A DNA stretch of 64,000 bases from Pseudomonas aeruginosa PAO1 (GCF_000006765.1 NC_002516.2), one strand, 5' to 3'; positions 9,598 through 22,001 are shown, numbered from the stretch's first letter. Notes: generated from the sequence alone by a model not told the origin. Program-made: numbers and translations.

Positions 9598-11175
9598 CTA
9601 GCTCGCCGCTACGCGCGCCTCGCGCTCTGCGCCGCGCCGGCTGTTGCGCCACGCCCAGAGCTCGGCCGCCTTCAGCGGCGGGGAAAACAGGTAGCCCTGC
9701 CCCCACTGGATGCTGTGCCCGCACAAGTACTGTTCCTGCTCCCGGGTCTCGATGCCTTCGGCGGTCATGGCCAGGTCCAGGCGCTGCGCCAGCGCGATGA
9801 TCGTCTCCAGCACCACGGCATTCACCGATCCGCTGCCGACGCTGCTGACGAACGAGCGATCGATCTTGAGAAAGTCCGCATGCAGCTTCTGCAGGTGGGA
9901 CAACGAGCTTTGCCCCGTGCCGAAATCGTCCAGCGCCCATTGCACGCCAAGCTCGCGCAGTTGCTGGATGTTGTGCTGCAACTGCGCATCGTGCGGCAGC
10001 GCCTCGCGCTCGGTGACTTCCAGGACCAGTTGCGGGCCTTCGCTGCCGATGGCGCCGAGCAAACGCCGCACGTCGTCGACGAACCCATGGCTCGCCAAGT
10101 GCGAGCCACTGACATTGACACCGAGATGATCGCCCGCCCCCAGGCCCAGTTGCGCCAGGTCGGCGGCGACCAGGCCGAAGATGTGCCGGGTCAGATCGCC
10201 GATCATGCCGTTGTCTTCGGCCAGGGGGATGAAGATGTCCGGCCGCACCTGACTCCTGTCCGGCCGCTGCCAGCGCACCAACGCCTCGACGCCCCGGCAC
10301 TCTCCGGTATCGAGATGGATGATCGGCTGGTAGACCATGTGGAACTCACGGGCGCGCATGGCCCGATACATGTCGCCGACCAGCGACAGCCGGCGACGGC
10401 AGAACAGGTGCGCCAGATATCCCGCCAGCAACGCGGCCAGGAGGATGAAGGGGGCGTAATGCCGCCAGGCATCGGCACGATAGGCGCTGGCCAGCGCGGG
10501 AGCGACCGCCACCCGCACCTCGACCGGAAACCTTGCCGAAGCCGCTACGGCGACGCCATCGCCGGTGGCGGGCGCGCCGCCGGGTAGCTGTCGCTGCGAC
10601 TGTCTCAGGACCATCTGCACCTGGAACCGTTCGTCGTAGGAAGCCGCCTGTTGGATATCCAGCAGGTACTGACCGTCGATTATCGCCAGCACGCCGGATC
10701 CGTTTTCATCGCCACGCGACATGATGACCGAAGCCCGCTCCGGTACCTGCGGCGTCGCGTTGCTGGGGGTGATGCGCTGCCCGGCCGGCAGGCTGCCCAA
10801 AGCCTTGAAGGCCACCTGCAACGGCAGATCGTGCAACTCGCCCCGCAGGGAGGAGCAATAGACGCTCTCGCGTTCCACTAGGACCAGCGAGCGGAAATAC
10901 GGGCTCAGCATGGTCATCCGGGTCAATCGGCCTAGGACCTCCCGGCACGGCTTGCCCACCGCCTCCTGGCTCTTGTCCAGGCTGTCCGAGACAACGCCGA
11001 GCAGGGTGTCCAACTGGCGAAGAATGGCGACAGAGGTTACCGCGGCCTCGCCTTCGGCACGCATCCTGGCCTGCTGGTACACCAGCGGCGCCATGAGCAA
11101 CGGGACGGCCGCGAGCGCGGCGACCACGATACCGAAATGAAAGAGACTGTCCCGCCGCGGCCTGCCGATCTGCAT
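9598..11175 (-). CDS. arr: CSS-motif/EAL c-di-GMP phosphodiesterase Arr
   Basis: TM, periplasmic C...YCSS motif, second TM, then EAL domain (GVEALVRW, DDFGTG, LKID, AEGIE, QGY). Confidence 0.85.
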   Translation of the reverse strand: MQIGRPRRDSLFHFGIVVAALAAVPLLMAPLVYQQARMRAEGEAAVTSVAILRQLDTLLGVVSDSLDKSQEAVGKPCREVLGRLTRMTMLSPYFRSLVLVERESVYCSSLRGELHDLPLQVAFKALGSLPAGQRITPSNATPQVPERASVIMSRGDENGSGVLAIIDGQYLLDIQQAASYDERFQVQMVLRQSQRQLPGGAPATGDGVAVAASARFPVEVRVAVAPALASAYRADAWRHYAPFILLAALLAGYLAHLFCRRRLSLVGDMYRAMRAREFHMVYQPIIHLDTGECRGVEALVRWQRPDRSQVRPDIFIPLAEDNGMIGDLTRHIFGLVAADLAQLGLGAGDHLGVNVSGSHLASHGFVDDVRRLLGAIGSEGPQLVLEVTEREALPHDAQLQHNIQQLRELGVQWALDDFGTGQSSLSHLQKLHADFLKIDRSFVSSVGSGSVNAVVLETIIALAQRLDLAMTAEGIETREQEQYLCGHSIQWGQGYLFSPPLKAAELWAWRNSRRGAEREARVAAS

Positions 11176-11541
11176 AGGTGCCACGCTCCCGCGCAAGTTG
11201 CACGAAGCCCGCCCGGGATTGCCGGGATCAGGGTCATGTCCGTATGAGGTTGAAAATACAAGCACGAAGCCGACAACGTCCGACGACGGGAACACCCCGA
11301 CAGAGCCGGCTCGCTCGCGCCAGCCTGCACCTATTTGCGGCGCAACGCAGCCGGCGCCCGGAACGAATCTTACCCCAGAAGCCTGGCGAGCGACCGCGCC
11401 CGCCTCCGCCGCCGAACGCGACGGAAAAGGCGTCCAGCGCGCGGGACCCGGGACGTCCTCGCTACCGCGAGACAGCGGGGCTTGAACGGCAGAACGAGGC
11501 AAGTAAAGGAGACCAGGACGAGCAGCCTGGCGCGCAGAAAC

Positions 11542-11566
11542 GAAAAAAGGGCCCGAAGGCCCTTTT
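11542..11566 (-). terminator. Terminator of tRNA operon (bidirectional form)
   Basis: AAAAAAGGGCC-CGAA-GGCCCTTTT. Confidence 0.75.
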
Positions 11567-11599
11567 CTCTTCGACCCAGGCCGAAACCTGGATCATGTT

Positions 11600-11675
<76 letters not shown>

Positions 11676-11759
11676 GTTACAACTTGTTGCCCGTTCGGCC
11701 GAAACCGAACCTTTGACGCCTAACTTTCACCAACCCCACCGAAGCCAGGCTGTAGAATT

Positions 11760-11835
<76 letters not shown>

Positions 11836-11837
11836 AA

Positions 11838-11913
11838 TGGCGTCCCCTAGGGGACTCGAACCCCTGTTACCGCCGTGAAAGGGCGGTGTCCTAGGCCACT
11901 AGACGAAGGGGAC
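11838..11913 (-). tRNA. tRNA-Glu (TTC)
   Basis: GTCCCCTTCGTCTAGTGGCCTAGGACACCGCCCTTTCACGGCGG...GACGCCA, 76 nt. Confidence 0.98.
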
Positions 11914-11980
11914 GCGGCCCGGAACTTACAACAGATCTTTCCGGCTTCCAGTGTTTCGCGTTTGGCTTCACGCTGGAAGT

Positions 11981-12016
11981 GGCGCGCATTTTATGGAGCG
12001 TCCGGGGAGGCGTCAA
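11981..12016 (-). promoter_or_regulatory. sigma70 stable-RNA promoter of Glu-Gly-Gly tRNA operon
   Basis: TTGACG-N17-TAAAAT followed by GC-rich discriminator GCGCGCC; AT-rich UP-like tract at ~12025-12045. Confidence 0.85.
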
Positions 12017-12130
12017 CCCTTCTGAGAAAATTTTTTTAAATCAAAGACTTCTGTGCAAATAATGAGCTGCTGCTATCAGTGGTAGCACCAAGACATTAGA
12101 CTGAGAAAATTCTTACAGCGGAGTCCCAAG

Positions 12131-12904
12131 GTGTCGCCACTCCTCATTACCGCCCTCATCATCGGCGGGATCGCCCTCCTAATCGCCATTGGCTATATCA
12201 ACCACGTGGTGGAAAACAGCAAGCTGGAGAAAGCGCGCCTGAAAGCCGAACTCAACGACCGGGTCCGGCGCTGCGCGCAGATTTCCGAGAGCCTTCCCGG
12301 CCAGTTCGTCAGCCCGTCGCTGAAGCTGTTGATGAGCCAGATCGAGCTCAGCCTCAGCGAGCAGCAACTGGCGCTGCAGAAGAAAGCCGATGCCGGGCTC
12401 AAGGCTCGTATAGAAGAGTTGCGCGCGCTGGTCGCCAAGGGCGAGTCGATCCCGGTGCGCAATCCGCCCCAGGCGATCCTGACCGAGGACAAGGCCAAGG
12501 AAGTCCGCTTCCTCTTCGAAGCCCTGCATGCCCAGCTCACCCGTTTCACCCAGGACGGCCACCTGCCGCGCAGCGAGGCGCAGATCTGGGTCAAGGAGAT
12601 TCGCCACCTCCTGGTGCGCCTGCATATCGAGTTCTTCGGTAATCTCGGCCAGCAGGCCCTGCAGCAGAACGAACCGCGCCAGGCGCGCCTGGCCTTCGAA
12701 CGCGGCGCCCAGTACCTGCGCAAGCAGCCCGAGCTGGCGCGCTACCAGGCGGAGCTGCAGCAGATGGAAACGCAGCTGGCCCGCGCCAACGCGATGGTGC
12801 TGAACAACAGCCAGCCGGCGAGCGAGGAGCCCAGCGAACTCAACGAGGGATTGAAGGCCCTCGATGCAGACGACCTGTGGAAGAAGAAGAACGTCTACGA
12901 CTGA
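12131..12904 (+). CDS. Conserved hypothetical membrane-anchored helical protein
   Basis: GTG start after GGAG; N-terminal TM; amphipathic helices; C-terminal WKKKNVYD. Confidence 0.8.
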   Translation: MSPLLITALIIGGIALLIAIGYINHVVENSKLEKARLKAELNDRVRRCAQISESLPGQFVSPSLKLLMSQIELSLSEQQLALQKKADAGLKARIEELRALVAKGESIPVRNPPQAILTEDKAKEVRFLFEALHAQLTRFTQDGHLPRSEAQIWVKEIRHLLVRLHIEFFGNLGQQALQQNEPRQARLAFERGAQYLRKQPELARYQAELQQMETQLARANAMVLNNSQPASEEPSELNEGLKALDADDLWKKKNVYD

Positions 12905-12965
12905 TTCCGGCCTGCCTACGGCAGCCGTGCTATAACCCAGGCTCATATCGACCGAGGAAATCGTT

Positions 12966-13628
12966 ATGAGCCTGACACTCTACGGAGCCCCGCTGTCTCC
13001 GTTCGTCCGCAAGGTCCGCCTGCTCCTGGCCGAAAAGGGCCTCGACTACCAGTTGGAAGCGATCGCCCCGTTCGGCCAGCCGGCCTGGTATCGCGAGATC
13101 AGTCCGCTGGGCCGCATCCCGGCGTTGCGCGACGGCGACCTGGCCCTCGCCGACTCCAGCGTGATCTGCCAGTACCTGGAAGAACGCTATCCCGAACCGC
13201 CGAATCTCCAGGGCGACGCCCCCGCCAGCCGCGCAGCGGTGCGCTGGCTGGAAAAATACGCCGACTACGAGATCGCTCCCCTGGCCACGCTGACGATCTT
13301 CCGCAACCGGATACTCAAGCCGGCGATGGGCCAGGCCTGCGAGGAGAACGACGTGCGTCGCGCGCTGGAGGAAAAGCTGCCAGCGCACTTCGATTACCTG
13401 GAAAACCATCTCGACGGCCGGGCCTTCTTCGTCGGCGAGCGACTGACCCTCGCCGACCTGGCGATCGCCAGCCAGTTGGTCAACCTGCGTCACGCCGGCG
13501 AAAACCTGGACGAGCAACGCTGGCCGGCCCTCGCCGCGCATTTCGCGCGGATGCTCGAACGCCCGGCGATGCAAGCGCTGCTGCCGGGGGAACGACGGAC
13601 CCTCGACAAGCTCGCAGCGAAAGCCTGA
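12966..13628 (+). CDS. Glutathione S-transferase family protein
   Basis: LSPFVRKV, SPLGRIP, DSSVICQYLEE, TLADLA. Confidence 0.9.
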   Translation: MSLTLYGAPLSPFVRKVRLLLAEKGLDYQLEAIAPFGQPAWYREISPLGRIPALRDGDLALADSSVICQYLEERYPEPPNLQGDAPASRAAVRWLEKYADYEIAPLATLTIFRNRILKPAMGQACEENDVRRALEEKLPAHFDYLENHLDGRAFFVGERLTLADLAIASQLVNLRHAGENLDEQRWPALAAHFARMLERPAMQALLPGERRTLDKLAAKA

Positions 13629-13637
13629 ACGCGTCGC

Positions 13638-14120
13638 TCAGCAGTCCGTCAGGCGCAGGAATATCTCCACCAGGCCTTCGATCCCGGCCTGGTCCTCGGC
13701 GCTGAAGCGTCCCACGCTCGGGCTGTCCAGATCGAGCACAGCGACCAGGCGGCCGTCCTTGATTAGAGGCACCACCAGTTCGCTGCTGGAAGCGCTGTCG
13801 CAGGCGATGTGGCCGGGAAACGCGTGGACGTCGTCGACCCGCTGGGTCAGCCGGGTACGCGCCGCGGCGCCGCAGACGCCCTTGGAGAAGGGGATGCGGA
13901 CGCAGGCGACCTTGCCCTGGAACGGTCCCAGGACCAGTTCCTCGTTGCGGTTCAGATAGAAGCCGGCCCAGTTCAGGTCGCCCAGCTCATGGAAGAGAAA
14001 GGCGGAGAACTGCGCGGCGTTGGCGATGAAATCGCGCTCGTCGGCGAACAGCGCCTCGGCCTGCGCCGCCAGCAGGGCGTAGCCGGCCAGCCCGGCGCCA
14101 GATTGCTGCAGATCGATCAT
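13638..14120 (-). CDS. msrC: GAF-domain free methionine-R-sulfoxide reductase (MsrC/YebR-like)
   Basis: NWAGFY, LGPFQGKVAC, GVCG, HIACDSASSSE, LDLDS motifs. Confidence 0.85.
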   Translation of the reverse strand: MIDLQQSGAGLAGYALLAAQAEALFADERDFIANAAQFSAFLFHELGDLNWAGFYLNRNEELVLGPFQGKVACVRIPFSKGVCGAAARTRLTQRVDDVHAFPGHIACDSASSSELVVPLIKDGRLVAVLDLDSPSVGRFSAEDQAGIEGLVEIFLRLTDC

Positions 14121-15007
14121 GCCTGGCGCTCCAGCAGTTGCTTGCCCACCCAGTAGCGGGAGAACTGATAGGCGCAACGGCCGTTGCGGTTGCCGCGGCC
14201 AAGCGCCCAGCGGATCGCTTCCTTCTCCAGTTCCTCGCTCCAGCTCCAGGCCAGCCCGGCCTTCTCCGCGAGCACGTCCACCCAGTGGTGAACCACGCTG
14301 AGGAAATGCTCCTGGGTGAAGGGATAGAACGACAGCCACAGGCCGAAACGGTCGGACAAGGCGATCTTGTCCTCCACCGCTTCGTTGGGATGCAGCTCGC
14401 CGTCCACCATCTTCCAGTTCTCGTTGTCGCTCTGCTTCTCCGAAACCAGGTGCCGGCGGTTGGAGGTGGCGTAGAGCAGCACATTCTCCGGCGCCTGTTC
14501 CAGCGAGCCGTCGAGCACGCTCTTGAGTACCCGGTAGTCGCCTTCCCCGGCATCGAACGAGAGGTCGTCGCAGAACAGTACGAAGCGCTGCGGCAGGCCT
14601 TGCAGTTGCTCGACCACGCGCGGCAGGTCGGCCAGGTGGTCGCGCTCGATCTCGATCAGGCGCAGCCCGGCGCCGGCCAGCTCGGCCAGCAGCGCACGAA
14701 CCAGGGAGGACTTGCCGGTCCCGCGGGCCCCCCAGAGCAAGGCGTGGTTGGCCGGCTGGCCGGCGACGAACTGGCGGGTGTTGCGTTCCAGTTGCTCGCG
14801 CTGCCGCTCTACGCCCAGCAGGTCGGCCAGGCGCAGGTCGAGGCTGACCTCCAGCGGCTGCAGGTAGCCGCTACGGCCGTCGCGGTGCCAGCGCGCCGCC
14901 AGGCTGCGCTCCCAGTCGACGGCTTCGCGTACGGCCGGCAGCAGCGGCTCCAGGCGCGCGAGCACGCTTTCGGCGCGGGCAAGAAAATCGCTCAATCGGG
15001 AATCCAC
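14117..15007 (-). CDS. AAA+ ATPase, DUF815 family
   Basis: GTG start after GAGGAG; Walker A GARGTGKSS, FVLFCDDLSF, YATSNRRHL, LSDRFGLWL. Confidence 0.85.
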   Translation of the reverse strand: MDSRLSDFLARAESVLARLEPLLPAVREAVDWERSLAARWHRDGRSGYLQPLEVSLDLRLADLLGVERQREQLERNTRQFVAGQPANHALLWGARGTGKSSLVRALLAELAGAGLRLIEIERDHLADLPRVVEQLQGLPQRFVLFCDDLSFDAGEGDYRVLKSVLDGSLEQAPENVLLYATSNRRHLVSEKQSDNENWKMVDGELHPNEAVEDKIALSDRFGLWLSFYPFTQEHFLSVVHHWVDVLAEKAGLAWSWSEELEKEAIRWALGRGNRNGRCAYQFSRYWVGKQLLERQA

Positions 15008-15089
15008 TCTGTTCTCCTCGGATCGGACTGACGTCACGGATCGATCATCGGTTGCGCCCAGGAACCCCGACAGACGGTCGGGATGGGCT

Positions 15090-17450
<2,361 letters not shown>

Positions 17451-17468
17451 CCGGTCTCGCGACGACGG

Positions 17469-17960
17469 CTAGCCTCCTACCACCAGACGGAAGCGCGACA
17501 GCAATCCGCCCAGGCGCTGGTGCAGGTCGAACATCTCGTTGAGGTCGAAACCGGTGCTGCAGATCAGCTGCTGGCGCAGCGGAATGACCCGTTCGCGCAA
17601 GGTGATCCCCGGCACCGTCAGCGTCAGGTGCACTTCCCGCTCATCGTGACTGGCGCGACGGCGATCCACCAGGCCGAGCTGTTCGAGACGCTTGAGCAAG
17701 GGCGTCAGGGTTCCGGAGTCGAGCAGCAGGCGGTCGCCCAGGGCCTTCACCGTCGGCTGCTCCGGCGGGCTCGCATGCCACTCCCAGAGCACCAGCATGA
17801 CCAGGTACTGCGGGTAGGTCAGGCCGATCTGTTCGAGCAGCGGCCGATAGCCGCGGATCACCGCGCGCGAGGCGGCGTACAGCTTGAAACACAGCTGGTT
17901 GTCGAGCAGCAGCGATTCTTCGACGCCATCCGGCCTGGCGACTTTTCCCCGGGTGCTCAT
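17469..17960 (-). CDS. ospR: MarR/OhrR-family oxidative stress sensor
   Basis: [10 protein letters not shown] (redox Cys), [28 protein letters not shown]; overlaps gpx stop. Confidence 0.9.
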   Translation of the reverse strand: MSTRGKVARPDGVEESLLLDNQLCFKLYAASRAVIRGYRPLLEQIGLTYPQYLVMLVLWEWHASPPEQPTVKALGDRLLLDSGTLTPLLKRLEQLGLVDRRRASHDEREVHLTLTVPGITLRERVIPLRQQLICSTGFDLNEMFDLHQRLGGLLSRFRLVVGG

Positions 17961-18442
17961 TCAAGCAGCGCCTCGATCGCCGAGCTCAGCTCCTCCGGCT
18001 TGGTGGTCGGCGCATAGCGCTTCACCACCTGGCCATCGCGGCCGATCAGGAACTTGGTGAAGTTCCACTTGATGCCCTGGCTGCCGAGCAGGCCCGGCGC
18101 GCGCTTCTTCAGGCTGACGAACAACGGGTGGGCGCCGGCGCCGTTGACCTCGATCTTCCTGAACAGCGGGAAGCTCACCCCGTAGTTCAGTTCGCAGAAC
18201 TGCGAAATCTCGCCCTCGTCGCCCGGTTCCTGCTTGCCGAACTGGTTGCAGGGGAACCCGAGCACCACCAGTCCGCGCTCACGGTATTTTTCCCACAAGG
18301 CCTCCAGCCCCTGGTACTGCGGGGTGAAGCCGCACTTGCTGGCGGTGTTCACCACCAGCAGCGCCTTGCCGCCGAAGTCGGCCAGGGTCTTCTGTTCGCC
18401 CTTGATGGTGGTGCAGGGAATGCTCAGCAGCGAATCGCTCAT
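17957..18442 (-). CDS. gpx: Glutathione peroxidase
   Basis: VNTASKCGFTPQY, FPCNQF, WNFTKFLI. Confidence 0.92.
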   Translation of the reverse strand: MSDSLLSIPCTTIKGEQKTLADFGGKALLVVNTASKCGFTPQYQGLEALWEKYRERGLVVLGFPCNQFGKQEPGDEGEISQFCELNYGVSFPLFRKIEVNGAGAHPLFVSLKKRAPGLLGSQGIKWNFTKFLIGRDGQVVKRYAPTTKPEELSSAIEALLE

Positions 18443-18487
18443 GGCTTGTCTTCCTTGTTGAGGGTGGGTCTCGAAATAAAGTAGCTC

Positions 18488-18506
18488 GCAATTCAATTGC
18501 ACACAA
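18488..18506. promoter_or_regulatory. OspR/OhrR operator upstream of gpx-ospR
   Basis: Perfect palindrome GCAATT-C-AATTGC overlapping TTGCACACAA. Confidence 0.65.
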
Positions 18507-18553
18507 CTTGATTGAATGAAAAACGACCCGAACCAAAGACGGGTCGTCGCTCT

Positions 18554-18952
18554 CTAGCTCTCCCGCGGCACCAGCTTCAGCGAGGCCGAGTTGATGCAGT
18601 AACGCAACCCGGTGGGCCGGGGGCCATCCGGGAAGACGTGCCCCAGGTGGGCATCGCAGCGACCGCAGCGGACTTCGATGCGATGCATGCCGTGGCTGAA
18701 GTCGTCCAGTTCGCGGACCGCCTCGGCGTCCACCGGCTGGAAATAGCTCGGCCAACCGCTGCCGGAGTCGTACTTGGCGTCGGAGTCGAACAACGCCGTG
18801 CCGCAGCAGGTGCAATGATAGATCCCGGGGGTCTTGGTGGCGTGGTATTCGCCACTGAAGGCGCGTTCGGTACCGCCCAGGCGACAGATGTGGAACTGCT
18901 CTTCGGTCAACTCCTCGCGCCAGGAGTCCAGGGGTTTGTCGATCTTGCTCAT
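18554..18952 (-). CDS. msrB: Peptide methionine-R-sulfoxide reductase
   Basis: GTERAF, CTCC/CGRC Zn motifs, [24 protein letters not shown]. Confidence 0.95.
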
Positions 18953-19136
18953 CGGCTCTACCTCGCGATCTGAAAAATGCCCGGCGCTCCCTTTTCCGGG
19001 GGACGGGCCGCACGTATCATGCGTGCTCCTTATAGACGCCAGTCTGTCATCCGCGTTACAGCCTGCCAAGCCGCGATCCAGCGGGCTTTTCGCAGCCTGT
19101 TCCACGGTGTTCGCTCACTTCGGGACTCGACACATC

Positions 19137-20348
19137 ATGCAGGTCAGCAAATCGAACAAGCTCGCCAACGTCTGCTATGACATTCGCGGGCCGGTGCTCA
19201 AGCACGCCAAACGCCTAGAGGAAGAGGGTCACCGCATCCTCAAGCTGAATATCGGCAACCCGGCGCCGTTCGGTTTCGAAGCTCCCGAGGAAATTCTCCA
19301 GGACGTCATCCGCAACCTGCCGACCGCCCAGGGCTACAGCGACTCCAAGGGCCTGTTCAGCGCGCGCAAGGCAGTGATGCAGTATTACCAGCAGAAGCAG
19401 GTGGAAGGCGTCGGCATCGAGGACATCTACCTCGGCAACGGCGTGTCGGAACTGATCGTGATGTCCATGCAGGCGCTGCTGAACAACGGCGACGAGGTGC
19501 TGATCCCCGCTCCCGACTACCCGCTGTGGACCGCCGCCGTCAGCCTCGCCGGCGGCAAGCCGGTGCACTACCTGTGCGACGAGCAGGCCAACTGGTGGCC
19601 GGACCTGGAAGACATCAAGGCGAAGATCACGCCGAATACCAGGGCGATGGTGATCATCAACCCGAACAACCCCACCGGCGCGGTGTATTCCAGGGAAGTG
19701 CTGGAAGGCATGGTCGAACTGGCCCGCCAGCACAACCTGGTGCTGTTCTCCGACGAGATCTACGACAAGATCCTCTACGACGGCGCCGTCCACGTCTCCA
19801 CCGCCTCGCTGGCGCCGGACGTGCTCTGCCTGACCTTCAACGGCCTGTCCAAATCCTACCGGGTGGCCGGCTTCCGCTCCGGCTGGGTGGCGATCTCCGG
19901 GCCCAAGCAGCGGGCGCAGAGCTATATCGAAGGTCTCGACATCCTCGCCAACATGCGCCTGTGCGCCAACGTCCCGGCGCAGCACGCGATCCAGACCGCC
20001 CTGGGCGGCTACCAGAGCATCAACGATCTGGTCCTGCCGCCGGGGCGCCTGCTGGAGCAGCGCAACCGCGCCTGGGAACTGCTCAACGACATCCCCGGCG
20101 TCAGCTGCGTGAAGCCGATGGGCGCGCTGTACGCCTTCCCGCGGATCGATCCGAAGGTCTGCCCGATCCACAACGACGAAAAGTTCGTCCTCGACCTGCT
20201 GCTCTCGGAAAAACTGCTGATCGTCCAGGGCACCGCCTTCAACTGGCCGTGGCCCGACCACTTCCGGGTGGTCACCCTGCCCCGCGTCGACGACCTGGAG
20301 CAGGCGATCCTGCGCATCGGCAGCTTCCTCAAGGGCTACCAGCAGTAA
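19137..20348 (+). CDS. alaA: PLP-dependent class I/II aminotransferase (AlaA/YfbQ-like)
   Basis: LNIGNP, NPNNPTG, DEIYD, FNGLSKSY (PLP Lys). Confidence 0.85.
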   Translation: MQVSKSNKLANVCYDIRGPVLKHAKRLEEEGHRILKLNIGNPAPFGFEAPEEILQDVIRNLPTAQGYSDSKGLFSARKAVMQYYQQKQVEGVGIEDIYLGNGVSELIVMSMQALLNNGDEVLIPAPDYPLWTAAVSLAGGKPVHYLCDEQANWWPDLEDIKAKITPNTRAMVIINPNNPTGAVYSREVLEGMVELARQHNLVLFSDEIYDKILYDGAVHVSTASLAPDVLCLTFNGLSKSYRVAGFRSGWVAISGPKQRAQSYIEGLDILANMRLCANVPAQHAIQTALGGYQSINDLVLPPGRLLEQRNRAWELLNDIPGVSCVKPMGALYAFPRIDPKVCPIHNDEKFVLDLLLSEKLLIVQGTAFNWPWPDHFRVVTLPRVDDLEQAILRIGSFLKGYQQ

Positions 20349-20399
20349 CCCCCCCGCTCCCGCGGCGCCGCTGGCGCCGCCCTGCCCGGCGACCCATCC

Positions 20400-20852
20400 A
20401 TGGACCTGCAGATCGACGACTTCCACAAGGACGCCGCTGGCGGCCTCCTGCTTCTCTACCAGGCGTTTCCGCGCAAGACCGCGCTCTACGTCGAAGACCT
20501 GATCGGCCGCGAGGCGCCGGACGAGTTCGGCCTGCCGAGCAAACGTCACCAAAGTTGTCTGGGCGCGTTGCTCTGGCTCGCCGAGGAAGGCTACCTGCGC
20601 TTCGCCAACACCATTCATTACGAGGCTCTCGACCAGGCGGTGCTCAGCGAAAAGGCCTTCCTAAGACTTACCCGTATCGTCCCCCGGGCCGCGGCGGCGC
20701 TGGCCGAGGCGCCGGCCAGCGTGCGCCGCGAACAGGCCAGCCTGGCCAACCAGTTGCGCCAGGCGCTGGCGCAGGGCGACGGCGAACGCCTGGCCGGGCT
20801 GACCCGCCTGCTGTTCGAGGGCAACCTGGGCGCGCAAGGCGACACAGTTTGA
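20400..20852 (+). CDS. Conserved hypothetical protein
   Basis: 150-aa ORF with typical codon usage downstream of alaA. Confidence 0.75.
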   Translation: MDLQIDDFHKDAAGGLLLLYQAFPRKTALYVEDLIGREAPDEFGLPSKRHQSCLGALLWLAEEGYLRFANTIHYEALDQAVLSEKAFLRLTRIVPRAAAALAEAPASVRREQASLANQLRQALAQGDGERLAGLTRLLFEGNLGAQGDTV

Positions 20853-20865
20853 AATAGTCCCTCGA

Positions 20866-20891
20866 TTGAATCGCCATGGACCGCCCCTTAT
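20866..20891 (+). promoter_or_regulatory. Putative sigma32 (RpoH) promoter of htpX
   Basis: TTGAA-N13-CCCCTTAT vs consensus TTGAAA-N13/14-CCCCATAT. Confidence 0.55.
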
Positions 20892-20985
20892 ATAACCCCG
20901 CATGATTATCAGGAGCCCGTTCGCCCGCCCCGGCGGCCTGCGAACCGCGCTCCGTGCCTTCAGCCGTGAGGAGAAGCTTTACACC

Positions 20986-21861
20986 ATGATGCGCATCCTG
21001 TTGTTCCTGGCCACCAACCTGGCAGTCCTGGTGATTGCCAGCATCACCCTGAAACTGCTCGGGGTGGACCGCTTCACCGGCCAGAATTACGGCAGCCTGC
21101 TGGTCTTCTGCGCCGTGTTCGGTTTCGCCGGTTCGCTGGTCTCGCTGTTCATCTCCAAGTGGATGGCGAAGATGAGCACCGGTACCGAAGTCATCAGCCA
21201 GCCGCGCACCCGTCACGAACAGTGGCTGCTGCAAACCGTCGAAGAGCTGTCCCGCGAAGCCGGCATCAAGATGCCGGAGGTCGGCATCTTCCCCGCCTAC
21301 GAGGCCAACGCCTTCGCCACCGGCTGGAACAAGAACGACGCGCTGGTCGCGGTCAGCCAGGGCCTGCTCGAACGTTTCTCGCCCGATGAGGTGAAAGCCG
21401 TCCTCGCCCACGAGATCGGTCACGTCGCCAACGGCGACATGGTCACCCTGGCATTGATCCAGGGCGTGGTGAACACCTTCGTGATGTTCTTCGCGCGGAT
21501 CTTCGGCAACTTCGTCGACAAGGCCATCCTGAAGAACGAGGACGGCCCGGGCATCGGCTACTTCGTCGCGACCATCTTCGCCGAACTGGTGCTCGGCATC
21601 CTCGCCAGCATCATCGTCATGTGGTTCTCGCGCCGCCGCGAGTTCCGCGCTGACGCCGCCGGCGCCCACCTGGCCGGCACCGGCGCGATGATCGCCGCGC
21701 TGCAACGCCTGCGTTCGGAACAGGGCGTGCCGGTGCAGATGCCCGACACCCTGAACGCCTTCGGCATCAATGGCGGCCTCAAGCACGGCCTGGCCGGCCT
21801 GCTGATGAGCCACCCGCCGCTGGAGGATCGTATCGAAGCGCTGCGCGCCAGCGCACGCTGA
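20986..21861 (+). CDS. htpX: Membrane Zn metalloprotease HtpX
   Basis: [41 protein letters not shown]. Confidence 0.95.
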   Translation: MMRILLFLATNLAVLVIASITLKLLGVDRFTGQNYGSLLVFCAVFGFAGSLVSLFISKWMAKMSTGTEVISQPRTRHEQWLLQTVEELSREAGIKMPEVGIFPAYEANAFATGWNKNDALVAVSQGLLERFSPDEVKAVLAHEIGHVANGDMVTLALIQGVVNTFVMFFARIFGNFVDKAILKNEDGPGIGYFVATIFAELVLGILASIIVMWFSRRREFRADAAGAHLAGTGAMIAALQRLRSEQGVPVQMPDTLNAFGINGGLKHGLAGLLMSHPPLEDRIEALRASAR

Positions 21862-21881
21862 TCCGCTTTCACACTTGGGAC

Positions 21882-21908
21882 AGGGCGACCATCGGTCGCC
21901 CTTTTTTT
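21882..21908 (+). terminator. Intrinsic terminator after htpX
   Basis: AGGGCGACC-ATC-GGTCGCCCT followed by T run. Confidence 0.85.
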
Positions 21909-22001
21909 ATGCCCGGGAAAGCCACCTATCCATGGTCGCTTTGACAGCCGCGAGCCAGCCCCGGAACATGCGGGTCCGTGATTTCGCCCGATGAGGTTCC
22001 C

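Noticed and set aside
12101-12118. CTG...CAG upstream of the membrane-anchored hypothetical as a LexA box
   Set aside because: Spacing is CTG-N12-CAG rather than N10, and the CTGT core is absent.
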